Below are positions 17,591-25,905 of a DNA stretch of 40,209 nucleotides, piece by piece. The position numbers and the translations under genes were made by a program. Numbering within the stretch: position 1 is the stretch's first letter; each line of letters opens with the position of its first letter. The notes beneath the pieces are model-generated. The model ran no database searches, was not told where the DNA came from, and saw only the letters and a list, made by a program, of their open reading frames with translations. This DNA is from a virus. Taxonomy: Duplodnaviria; Caudoviricetes. Where the stretch lies: IMG/VR virus record IMGVR_UViG_3300048574_000427, positions 1 to 40,209 of that record, one strand, 5' to 3'.

Positions 17591-17991
17591 GGCTGCCGGG
17601 CGTGCTCGCAGAGATCGCCGAGGTCGCGGGGGAAGCCGCCGCGGTCCAGATCTGTGCGCGCGCCGGCGGCACCCGAGTCTATATCCCGGCCACCTGCTCC
17701 GACGACCACTGGCTCGTCGAATGCGTCGGCCGCGAGAAGGCCGACCGGATTTGTGCTCATCTGGCCGGCGGCGAGCGCAGCGGCCAGCGCTACGAGATTC
17801 CCCTTGCGGAGCGGGGCGCCTACCGTGCATTGCGTATGGCGGTCGCTCGGCAGGTTCACGAGCTTGACGCCGCCGCGAAGTCGTCGCGTGATATCGCCCG
17901 CGAAGCCGGCATCTCGCAGCGGACCGTGCACCGCCACCGCGCGGCGCACCGCGGCGACAATAAGGACAAGCGGCAGGGATCGCTGTTCTAG
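17587..17991 (+). CDS. Mor/C-like late transcription activator
   Basis: LPGVLAEIAEVAGEAAAVQICARAGGTRVYIP and C-terminal HTH (SSRDIAREAGISQRTVHRH); last gene before the lysis module. Confidence 0.85.
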   Translation: MRLPGVLAEIAEVAGEAAAVQICARAGGTRVYIPATCSDDHWLVECVGREKADRICAHLAGGERSGQRYEIPLAERGAYRALRMAVARQVHELDAAAKSSRDIAREAGISQRTVHRHRAAHRGDNKDKRQGSLF

Positions 17992-18011
17992 GTCTGCCCG
18001 CTCAGATGGCT

Positions 18012-18025
18012 CTGTTAGCTGTCAG
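18012..18025 (+). promoter_or_regulatory. Candidate activator site of the lysis/late promoter
   Basis: CTGTTAGCTGTCAG, an imperfect copy of CTGACACGTGTCAG found before the protease gene. Confidence 0.5.
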
Positions 18026-18102
18026 CCATTTTCAATCGGGACATTTCGGGATGAATAGATTCAGGGTGAGGCGCCGTTGCGCCCACACGGGATCGAGCCG
18101 TC

Positions 18103-18981
18103 GTGAAGGCAAACTACAACAAAGCACTCAAGCGCGTGCTCGTCTATGAGGGCGGGTACAGCAATCATCCGGACGACACCGGTGGCCCGACCAACCAGGG
18201 CATCATCCAACGCGTCTATGACGGCTATCGCAAATCCAAGGGCCAGCCGACGCGCAGCGTCCGGCTTCTGACCGACGCCGAGCGGAACGAGATTTATCGG
18301 CGCCAGTACGCCGACAAAATCAGGTTCGATGCGCTGCCGGCCGGCGTCGACATCGCGGTATTCGACGCGGCCGTGAACAGCGGCCCGTCGCAATCGACCA
18401 AATGGCTGCAACGCGCCGTCGGTGTCACCGCCGATGGGGATCTCGGCGAAGCGACGCTCGCCGCCGTCAAGGCGCATCCCGACCACGATGCCTTGATCGC
18501 CGACATGTGTGCTCGGCGCCTCGGCATGATGCAAAACCTCCGGAACTGGGGAACCTTCGGCGACGGCTGGAGCAAGCGGGTCGCCAACGTGGTGCTGACC
18601 GGCCAGGCCTGGGCGATGGGCTCGGTCGGCCCGAAGCCGATCGCCGTGCACGAAGAGGGCGGCGACGCCAAGGCCGTGGTGTCCGACGTCGCCCTGCCGT
18701 CGGTCTCCGCCGAGGCCGGCGTACAGACGGGGCTGGGCGGCGGCGCCGGCGTCACGGCTGTGCAGACCGCACAGGCGCAGCTGCAGCCGCTGGTCGGCAC
18801 CAACAAGACCATCGATTTGATCTTCACGCTCCTCACCGTGGCGGCCGTCGTCATCGCGGTCAGCGGCGCGGCCTGGGCGCTCTACGCCGGGCGTCAGCGG
18901 CGTAAGGCCGAGCGTGCCTGGTCGGGTGAAGCCGTCGGCAATCTCTCGCCGCTTCTGTCGCAAGCGAGGGCAGCGGCATGA
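18103..18981 (+). CDS. Endolysin, glycoside hydrolase family 108 with PG-binding domain and C-terminal TM segment
   Basis: YEGGYSNHPDDTGGPTNQGI; VFDAAVNSG; WLQRAVGVTADGDLGEATLAA; FGDGWSKRV; hydrophobic tail (LIFTLLTVAAVVIAVSGAAWALYA). Confidence 0.9.
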   Translation: MKANYNKALKRVLVYEGGYSNHPDDTGGPTNQGIIQRVYDGYRKSKGQPTRSVRLLTDAERNEIYRRQYADKIRFDALPAGVDIAVFDAAVNSGPSQSTKWLQRAVGVTADGDLGEATLAAVKAHPDHDALIADMCARRLGMMQNLRNWGTFGDGWSKRVANVVLTGQAWAMGSVGPKPIAVHEEGGDAKAVVSDVALPSVSAEAGVQTGLGGGAGVTAVQTAQAQLQPLVGTNKTIDLIFTLLTVAAVVIAVSGAAWALYAGRQRRKAERAWSGEAVGNLSPLLSQARAAA

Positions 18982-19382
18982 TGGAACTGCGTATCGTCGT
19001 CTGGTTCCTCGGCGGCGGCTGGCGCTGGATCGCCGGCGGAGCCGCCGTCCTCGCGGTCGCAGGGCTGTTCTACTTGACGTGGAGTGCCGGCTACGAGGAT
19101 GCCGCGGCGGAATGCGATGCCGCCGCCAAGCAGGCGAAGATCGAAAGGCTCGAACTTGAGCTCAAGGCGGCGGATGCCGTCGCGGAGGGCGCGCAAGAGA
19201 CTGTCATGACGCTGCGCGAGCAGGAGCGCTCGGCGCAGAAGCGCGTGCAGGAACTGGACCAGGAGATCGGCGAGTTGCGCAAGCGCCCCGCGGCCGCTCC
19301 CAAGGCCGGGAGGCAGAAAGATGCGTTGGTTGATGGCCGTTGCGACCTCACTCGTCGCGGCGTGCAGTTCTTTACCCGCTAG
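18978..19382 (+). CDS. Rz-like inner-membrane spanin
   Basis: N-terminal TM followed by coiled coil and a C-terminal Cys; follows the endolysin. Confidence 0.75.
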   Translation: MMELRIVVWFLGGGWRWIAGGAAVLAVAGLFYLTWSAGYEDAAAECDAAAKQAKIERLELELKAADAVAEGAQETVMTLREQERSAQKRVQELDQEIGELRKRPAAAPKAGRQKDALVDGRCDLTRRGVQFFTR

Positions 19383-19614
19383 CGAGCCGGTTGCCTCGCA
19401 CGTGCCGCCGCCGCCGGCTTATCTGCAGCCGGTCGCGCCGGTGCCGCCCCGCGAGGGTGAAAGCGTCCTGTCGCTCACGGCGCGGGAGCAGAACGCCCGC
19501 AAAAGCCAGAACACGATCATCTGCGCGGCGCGCCGCGACTGGGAGCGGATGCGCCAGGGGCTCGCCGGCGACAAGATCGAGGACGGGCCCGTGTGTGAAC
19601 AGGAGGTTGAGTAA
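19321..19614 (+). CDS. Rz1-like outer-membrane spanin lipoprotein
   Basis: Lipobox LVAAC, Pro-rich mature part, starts inside the Rz 3' end in another frame. Confidence 0.75.
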   Translation: MRWLMAVATSLVAACSSLPASEPVASHVPPPPAYLQPVAPVPPREGESVLSLTAREQNARKSQNTIICAARRDWERMRQGLAGDKIEDGPVCEQEVE

Positions 19615-19980
19615 GTGCTGGATCTGAATCCCGCGTGGGCGAGCGTGGCCATCGCGCTCGGCGCGCTCGTCTACACGATATACAGCGGCCGTTCGAAGGC
19701 CCGCGCCGACAAGGTCGTCGAGCTCGAAAAGCTCATCATGGCCAAGGCCGACAAGGCGTTCGTCCTCGCGATCGACGATCGGGTCGACAAGCTCGAAGAT
19801 CGCGCCACCAAGGTCGAGGCGACCGTGTCCCACCTGCCGGACAAGGACTTCACCCATCGGCTCGAACTGTCCATCGCCCAACTCCGCGGCGAGGTCTCCA
19901 CGCTGACCGAAAGCGTCAAGCCGGTGGCGGCCATCGCCGGACGTCTGCAGGAAGCCATGTTGGAAAAGGCCCTCTCATGA
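19615..19980 (+). CDS. DUF2730-like membrane coiled-coil protein (Mu gp25 position)
   Basis: N-terminal TM; RATKVEATVSHLPDKDFTHRLELSIAQLRGEV. Confidence 0.8.
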   Translation: MLDLNPAWASVAIALGALVYTIYSGRSKARADKVVELEKLIMAKADKAFVLAIDDRVDKLEDRATKVEATVSHLPDKDFTHRLELSIAQLRGEVSTLTESVKPVAAIAGRLQEAMLEKALS

Positions 19981-20279
19981 GTCTCGATCGCATCATCCGC
20001 GAAGAAGCCCGGCTGATCATGCTGAAAGCGCTCGCGGCCCAGGACAACGAGTCCCTGACTTCTGAATCTCTTCGGACGGAGCTCGACATCTCGTTCGGCA
20101 TCAGCAGGAGCCGCGCCTGGGTGCACGACGAGCTCGCCTACATGAAGGAGATGGGGGCGATCACGGTGCTCGACGCCGGCTCCATCAAGGTCGCGACACT
20201 GACCGAGAAGGGCACGCGGCATCTCAAGCGCCAGATCGCGATCGAGGGCATCAAGCGGCCGAGTCGTCCCGGGGAGTGA
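19977..20279 (+). CDS. Mu gp26-like winged-helix protein
   Basis: REEARLIMLKAL...SRAWVHDELAYMKEMG...VATLTEKG...IEGIKRPS. Confidence 0.8.
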   Translation: MSLDRIIREEARLIMLKALAAQDNESLTSESLRTELDISFGISRSRAWVHDELAYMKEMGAITVLDAGSIKVATLTEKGTRHLKRQIAIEGIKRPSRPGE

Positions 20280-20893
20280 TGAACATGGCGCGCGCCCGCC
20301 GCGGCCGTGGCCGCTTGTCCGCGATCGACCAGCTGCCGGCGTGGGCCGACGAAGTCAAGATGTGGGCGTTCCGCGAGTTGAAGGAGCGCAAGCGCACACA
20401 GATCGACGTCTGTGCGGAATTCAACGAACGCCTGCGCGCGGCAGCACACGAAGAAGGTGTTGCGCCGCCGAAGCCGGTCTCAAAGTCGGCGTTCAACCGA
20501 ACCTCCTGTGCAATCGCCATCCAGGGGCGTCGACTGGAAGAGACCCGCGAGATCGCCGCCGTGCTGGCGCCGCGCCTCGACGAGGCGGGCGACAATTCGC
20601 TGACTCTCCTGATCGCCGAAACCATCAAGACGCTGGTCAACGAGATGCTGGCGAACGCCGGCGAATTGCCCACCGACGGCGACACCGCCGAAATGCTGAT
20701 GCTCACCGCACGCGCGGTCAAGCACGCCGAGGAGGCCAAGCGGATCAGCTCCGACACCCGCAAACGGATCGAGGACGAACTCGCGGCCAGGACCGCCAAG
20801 GCCGTCGACACCGTCGCCAAGGCGAAGGGCCTGACCAAGGACACTGTCGACGCCATCAAGGCGCAGATCCTCGGCATCCGGGGCGGCACGTGA
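20279..20893 (+). CDS. DUF3486 / Mu gp27, putative terminase small subunit
   Basis: GRGRLSAIDQLP...SKSAFNR...GLTKDTVDAIKAQILGI; directly before terminase large subunit. Confidence 0.85.
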   Translation: MNMARARRGRGRLSAIDQLPAWADEVKMWAFRELKERKRTQIDVCAEFNERLRAAAHEEGVAPPKPVSKSAFNRTSCAIAIQGRRLEETREIAAVLAPRLDEAGDNSLTLLIAETIKTLVNEMLANAGELPTDGDTAEMLMLTARAVKHAEEAKRISSDTRKRIEDELAARTAKAVDTVAKAKGLTKDTVDAIKAQILGIRGGT

Positions 20894-20903
20894 TCGATCG
20901 CAA

Positions 20904-22538
20904 ATGAACGCTCTCGTCACCGCCGAGGACTGGGCACGCCACCGCCGCGAGCAGCTCGGCGCACTGCCTGCCGTCCTGCGCGGCACCTCGTTGCCCGACA
21001 TCCTGTTGCCGTACCAGCGCGAGCTGCTCGCCTCGACCGCGACGAACCCGCTGACCGTCGCCGACAAGTCGCGCCGCATCGGCGCCACGTGGGGGGTCGG
21101 TGCCGATGCGGTTCTGACGTCCGGGGCGACGAAGGCCGCCGGCGGCATGGACACGCTCTATATCGGCTACAATCTCGACATGGCGCGCGAGTTCATCGAC
21201 GTCTGCGCCATGTGGGCGAAGGCATTCGCGCCGGCCTGCAGCGCCGTCGACGAATTCCTGTTCGCCGACCAGGACGACAAGGGCGCCGAGCGAAACATCC
21301 AGGCGTTCCGCATCACCTTCGCGTCCGGTTTCGAAATCGTCGCCCTGTCGTCGCGCCCCCGCTCGCTGCGCGGCCGGCAGGGCTATGTCATCCTCGACGA
21401 ATTCGCTTTCCACGACGATCCGATGGGCCTGCTCAAAGCCGCCATGGCGCTGCTCATCTGGGGCGGCAAGGTCCTGGTCATCTCGACGCACAACGGCGAC
21501 GACAATCCGTTCAACGAGCTGATCAACGACATCCGGGCCAAGAAACGCCGCGGCCATGTCGTGCGCTGCACCTTCGACGATGCTCTCGAACAGGGGCTCT
21601 ATCAGCGTGTCTGCCTCGTTACCGGCAAGGAATGGTCGCCCGAGGCCGAAGCGACCTTCCGGGCGGAGATCCGCGACTACTACGGCAGCGATGCGGCGGA
21701 AGAGCTGGATTGCATCCCTTCACAGGGCTCCGGCGTCTATCTCACCGGCGCCCTGATCGAGGCGTGCATGACGGCGCAGGCGCCGGTGTTGCGTCTCACC
21801 TGCCCGCAGGGCTTCGAGCTGCAGAGCGACGAGCTCCGCCGGTCGTTCGTCAACGACTGGCTTGAAGAACACTTGAAGCCGATCGTCGACAAGCTCGACC
21901 AACGGCTGCGGCATTTCTACGGCTTTGACTTTGCGCGTTCCGGTGACCTGTCCGTGTTCCTGCCGCTCGCCGAGGAGAAGAACCTGGTGCTGCGCGCGCC
22001 GTTCATCCTCGAACTGCGCAATGTGCCGTTCCGCCAGCAGGAACAAATCCTGTACTGGATCGTCGACCGGCTGCCGCGCTTCGCAGCCGGCAAGCACGAC
22101 GCCCGCGGCAACGGCCAGTTCCTGGCCGAGTACGCCATCCAGAAATACGGCGCGCTGCGCGTCGAAGCGGTGATGCCGTCCCAGCCTTGGTATCTCGCCA
22201 ACATGCCGGTGATGAAGGCGGAGTTCGAGGACCGCACCATCGAGCTGCCGCGCGATGCCGACGTGAAGGCCGACTTCCGCCTGATCAAGCAGGTGCGCGG
22301 CGTGCCGCTGGTGCCGGACACTGCCCACACCAAGGGCAGCGATGGCGGCCAGCGCCATGGCGACGCGGCGATTGCGGGCTGCCTCGCCGTCGCGGCGGCC
22401 AAGAGCGACGTCGCCGAAATCGACTATCGGTCGCCGGCGACCGACGCGGCGCGAGAAGACGGGCCGCCCGACGACGACGGGGATGAGCGCGGCTGGTGGC
22501 AGCCGCCGCTCGGCGCGGCAGTTCGGGGGAGCATCTGA
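20904..22538 (+). CDS. Terminase large subunit (Mu gp28-like)
   Basis: LLPYQ, KSRRIGATW (Walker A), VILDEFAF (Walker B), GFDFARSGD and HGDAAIA nuclease motifs. Confidence 0.95.
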   Translation: MNALVTAEDWARHRREQLGALPAVLRGTSLPDILLPYQRELLASTATNPLTVADKSRRIGATWGVGADAVLTSGATKAAGGMDTLYIGYNLDMAREFIDVCAMWAKAFAPACSAVDEFLFADQDDKGAERNIQAFRITFASGFEIVALSSRPRSLRGRQGYVILDEFAFHDDPMGLLKAAMALLIWGGKVLVISTHNGDDNPFNELINDIRAKKRRGHVVRCTFDDALEQGLYQRVCLVTGKEWSPEAEATFRAEIRDYYGSDAAEELDCIPSQGSGVYLTGALIEACMTAQAPVLRLTCPQGFELQSDELRRSFVNDWLEEHLKPIVDKLDQRLRHFYGFDFARSGDLSVFLPLAEEKNLVLRAPFILELRNVPFRQQEQILYWIVDRLPRFAAGKHDARGNGQFLAEYAIQKYGALRVEAVMPSQPWYLANMPVMKAEFEDRTIELPRDADVKADFRLIKQVRGVPLVPDTAHTKGSDGGQRHGDAAIAGCLAVAAAKSDVAEIDYRSPATDAAREDGPPDDDGDERGWWQPPLGAAVRGSI

Positions 22539-22540
22539 TC

Positions 22541-24085
22541 ATGGCCGACAAGCCCATTCTCTACGGCCCGGACGGCCAGCCGATCCGGCGCGAAGTCCTC
22601 ACGGTGGAGATCGCCGGCCCGACCATCACCGGCGTGCGCTCGCCGATCACCGGCTATCCGGGCGACGGCCTCAATCCGCGCCGGCTCGCCTCGCTGTTGC
22701 GCGAGGCCGACGAGGGCGAGCCCCTGCGCTATCTGGAACTGGCCGAACAGATCGAGGAGCGGGATCTCCACTATGCGGGCGTCCTCGGCACCCGCAAACG
22801 CTCGGTCGCCCAGCTCGACATCCAGGTCGACGCCGCCTCCGACGATCCCCTGCACGTCCAGCAGGCCGACATGATCCGCGACTGGCTCACCCGTGACGAG
22901 CTGGAAGACGAGCTGTTCAACATGCTCGACGCGATCGGCAAGGGCTGGTCGTTCACCGAAATCATCTGGGACACCTCGACCGGCCAGTGGTGGCCGAAGC
23001 GGCTGGAGTGGCGGGACCCCCGCTGGTTCCGGCCGGCGCGTCACGACGGCACGACGCCGCTCCTGCGCGGCGACATGGGCGATACGCCGCTGCCGCCGTT
23101 CAAGTTCATTTGCGCCGTCATCCGCGCCAAGTCCGGCCTGCCGATCCGTTCCGGCCTGGCGCGGCTCGCGGCCTGGAACTGGATGTTCAAAGCGTTCACC
23201 CAGCGCGACTGGGCGATCTTCACCCAGACGTTCGGCCAGCCAGTGCGCGTAGGCAAGTATCCTTCAGGTGCGACCGCAAAGGACAAGGACACCCTGATGC
23301 GCGCCGTCGCCAACATCGCCGGCGACTGCGCAGCGATCATCCCCGAATCGATGCTGCTCGAATTCATCGAGTCGAAGAACGTCGGCCAGGGCTCCGACCT
23401 CTACGAGAAGCGCGCCGACTGGCTCGATCGCCAGGTCTCCAAGGCGGTGCTCGGCCAGACCGCCACCACGGACGCCGTCACGGGCGGGCTCGGATCGGGC
23501 AAGGAGCATCGGCAGGTCCAGGAGGATATCGAGCGCGCCGACGCCAAGGCGCTCGCGGCCATCATCAACCGTGACCTGGTGCGGGCATGGATCGACCTGG
23601 AATTCGGCCCACAGCAGAAGTACCCGCGGCTACGCATCGGCAGAAACGAAGAGGTCGACATCGCCAAGATGTCCGACTCGCTCGCCAAGCTGGTGCCGGT
23701 CGGCCTCAAGGTGCAGATGTCCGAGGTGCGCGACCGGCTCGGCTATTCAGATCCGGAGCCGGGCGCCGAGTTGCTGGTGCCGCCCAGCGTCGCGCCGGCG
23801 ACGCCTCCCGCGGCGCCGGCCCTGCAGGCGGCGCGTCAAGCCGCACGGGCGCGCGACGCGATCGACGAACTGGTCGACGATACCGAGGCGCTGGCCGCCC
23901 CGGCCGCAGAAGACATGATCGACACGGTGCGCGGCCTGGTCGAGCGCGCCGGCAGCCTGGACGAGGTGCGCGACGGCCTCCTGGCACTGTCCCCGAAGAT
24001 GCCGGCTGCCCGGCTCGCCGAGGCGATGCGCATGGCCCTGGTGATGGCCGAGCTGATGGGTCGCGCCGACGTCGCGGGGGACTGA
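22541..24085 (+). CDS. Portal protein (DUF935, Mu gp29-like)
   Basis: EERDLHYAGVLGTRK; FGQPVRVGKY; SKAVLGQTATT. Confidence 0.93.
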   Translation: MADKPILYGPDGQPIRREVLTVEIAGPTITGVRSPITGYPGDGLNPRRLASLLREADEGEPLRYLELAEQIEERDLHYAGVLGTRKRSVAQLDIQVDAASDDPLHVQQADMIRDWLTRDELEDELFNMLDAIGKGWSFTEIIWDTSTGQWWPKRLEWRDPRWFRPARHDGTTPLLRGDMGDTPLPPFKFICAVIRAKSGLPIRSGLARLAAWNWMFKAFTQRDWAIFTQTFGQPVRVGKYPSGATAKDKDTLMRAVANIAGDCAAIIPESMLLEFIESKNVGQGSDLYEKRADWLDRQVSKAVLGQTATTDAVTGGLGSGKEHRQVQEDIERADAKALAAIINRDLVRAWIDLEFGPQQKYPRLRIGRNEEVDIAKMSDSLAKLVPVGLKVQMSEVRDRLGYSDPEPGAELLVPPSVAPATPPAAPALQAARQAARARDAIDELVDDTEALAAPAAEDMIDTVRGLVERAGSLDEVRDGLLALSPKMPAARLAEAMRMALVMAELMGRADVAGD

Positions 24086-25344
24086 TGCGCTTCTGCCCAA
24101 ACTGTGGCGGCGTCGCGCTCGCGGCCGCGGAGGCGGTTCCCTTCGCGGTCAAGCCGCGCGACGCGATCGATTTCCTGCGCCAAAAGGTCGACGTACCGAC
24201 CCGGACTTGGACCGACATCTGGGAGGGGATGCACAGCCAGGCCTTCGTGGTGGCCGGTGCCCGATCGAGCGCACTGCTCGCGGACTTTCACGAAGCGGTC
24301 AACCGCAATGTCGACGAAGGCCGCACGATCGAACAGTTCCGCAAGGACTTCGACCGCATCGTCGACGACCACGGCTGGGACTACAAGGGCGGGCGCAATT
24401 GGCGAAGCCGCGTCATCTTCGACACCAATCTGCGCATGGCCTACTCGGCCGGCCGCTGGGCGCAGATCCAGCGCGTCAAGCAGACCCGGCCGTTCCTGCG
24501 CTACGTCGCCGTCATGGACGGGCGCACGCGCCCTCTGCACCGGGGCTGGCACGACACGGTCCTGCACGTCGACGATCCATGGTGGGAAACCCACTATCCG
24601 CCCAACGGCTGGTATTGCCGCTGTGCCGTCATGAGCCTCAACGAGCGCGACCTGAAACGCTACGGACTAAAAGTGTCCGATCGCGCGCCAGCGATCGAGA
24701 TGGTGGAGCGCACCATCAATACGCCGACAGGCCCGCGCGCCCTCCTGGTGCCGGAAGGGATCGACCCGGGCTTCGCCTACAACCCCGGTATTGCCGGCTT
24801 CGGGCGCGGCGCCGAGAGCCTGGCCCTGGAGCGTCACGGCGATTGGCGCTCGCTGTCGGCGCCCGGTCAGCCGGCACGGGACCTGCCGCCGCTGCCGCTC
24901 GATCGGGCCCCTGTGGCGCCTCTGCGCGGCAGCGCCACGAACGAGGCCGATCTGCGCGCGGCACTCCGCGAGGCACTCGGCGGCGATGAACTGATCGTCG
25001 CCGACCCGACCGGCAACCGTGTGCTGCTCGGCCAGGCGATCGTCGACCACCTCCTGGCCGACCCGTCGCGCCGGGACGGCCGCGAACGCTACTTCCCCTT
25101 GATGCCGTCGCTCGTCGCCGACCCGGCCGAGATCTGGATCGGCTGGGCGCAAAATGCGGTGTCGGGGCGCGTCGCCCTGCGGCGGCGGTACATCAAGCTC
25201 GTGGAGCTCGGCGGTGGCCGCACCATCGGCATTGTCTGTGATGCAGACGACAGCCTGTGGTCGGGAATGACGTTCTTCCGCAGTACGGCGCGCGGTGGGG
25301 GCAATTTGCGCACCGGTCACCTGGTCTATCGCCGTGGGGGATGA
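24085..25344 (+). CDS. MuF minor head protein with C-terminal PBECR2-like (BECR-fold) nuclease domain
   Basis: MuF core (AFVVAGA; IFDTNLRMAYSAGRW; DGRTRPLH; YPPNGWYCRC; IDPGFAYNPG) plus ~185-aa extension containing HL..RDGRERYFPLMPSLVADPAEIW..RRRYIK..GMTFF..RTGHLVYRR. MuF is confident; the toxin family is recognised by pattern only. Confidence 0.8.
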   Translation: MRFCPNCGGVALAAAEAVPFAVKPRDAIDFLRQKVDVPTRTWTDIWEGMHSQAFVVAGARSSALLADFHEAVNRNVDEGRTIEQFRKDFDRIVDDHGWDYKGGRNWRSRVIFDTNLRMAYSAGRWAQIQRVKQTRPFLRYVAVMDGRTRPLHRGWHDTVLHVDDPWWETHYPPNGWYCRCAVMSLNERDLKRYGLKVSDRAPAIEMVERTINTPTGPRALLVPEGIDPGFAYNPGIAGFGRGAESLALERHGDWRSLSAPGQPARDLPPLPLDRAPVAPLRGSATNEADLRAALREALGGDELIVADPTGNRVLLGQAIVDHLLADPSRRDGRERYFPLMPSLVADPAEIWIGWAQNAVSGRVALRRRYIKLVELGGGRTIGIVCDADDSLWSGMTFFRSTARGGGNLRTGHLVYRRGG

Positions 25345-25428
25345 TGGTGACTGCGGCGCCGCGCCATCCGCGTCGCACTGCCCTGGCCATCGGGATCGCG
25401 GCCCGGCCCAGACAGGCATTCCCTTATA
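25343..25428. ncRNA. Candidate structured RNA immediately 3' of the MuF-nuclease gene
   Basis: Pairings GATGGTG/CGCCATC, TGCGGCG/CGTCGCA, TGCC-CTGGCC..GGG/CCC-GGCCCAG..GGCA, loop-loop CCGCG/CGCGG; minus-strand TATAAG at 25423-25428. Confidence 0.4.
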
Positions 25429-25702
25429 CCCCAAATCGTCCTCCGACCGAAATCCCGAATCCGGGCCGCTGATGGCTTTGCCGCCCCCCGGGGCTACAGT
25501 TGACGCCCGTCGGGGGCTGCCTGCCCCACAAGCCGTTGAAAACCCCTTGAACGGGGCTGCAAGGACGAGACCGGGTCCGTCGAAACCGGCCGGAGCGCCC
25601 GGGGAGCCAAAATCGACCCAAAATCCGGTCGGCGAAGGTGGGGCGTCGGGAGGTCCCGGGACGGAAGTCGCCTGGCCGGCGGGATCGGTCTACAGTCGGC
25701 CC

Positions 25703-25825
25703 ATGGCGAGCGGCTACGAGCGATCCCCGGACTACGGCGGCGATGACTGGACGCCGGCCGACATCGTTTTGTGGCTGGCGATCGTCGCGGCCGTCTCGAT
25801 CGGGATCGCCGTGCTGCTGATCTGA
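25703..25825 (+). CDS. 40-aa single-TM protein, probably leaderless
   Basis: MASGYERSPDYGGDDWTPADIVLWLAIVAAVSIGIAVLLI; TACAGT (-10-like) 6 nt before the ATG. Confidence 0.55.
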   Translation: MASGYERSPDYGGDDWTPADIVLWLAIVAAVSIGIAVLLI

Positions 25826-25850
25826 GCGCCGGCATCCGGTCGTCAACATG

Positions 25851-25870
25851 ACCCTGACACGTGTCAGGGT
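25851..25870. promoter_or_regulatory. Perfect 20-bp palindrome, candidate activator site of the head-gene late promoter
   Basis: ACCCTGACACGTGTCAGGGT, 36 bp upstream of the protease ATG; GATTC at 25874-25878 and a weak -10 (GACGAT) at 25891. Confidence 0.7.
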
Positions 25871-25905
25871 TGAGATTCGCGCGGCGTGGGGACGATTGTG
25901 GCCCC

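Noticed and set aside
23587-24084. Long N-terminal extensions given by the ORF track for MuF (likewise MuB, Gam, Mor, distal tail)
   Set aside because: They overlap upstream genes; coupled ATGA/TGATG starts or RBS-supported starts fit better.
25295-25702. 176-aa ORF as MuF immunity protein
   Set aside because: The upstream part is Pro/Gly/Ala low-complexity with no RBS; only the last 40 codons look coding.
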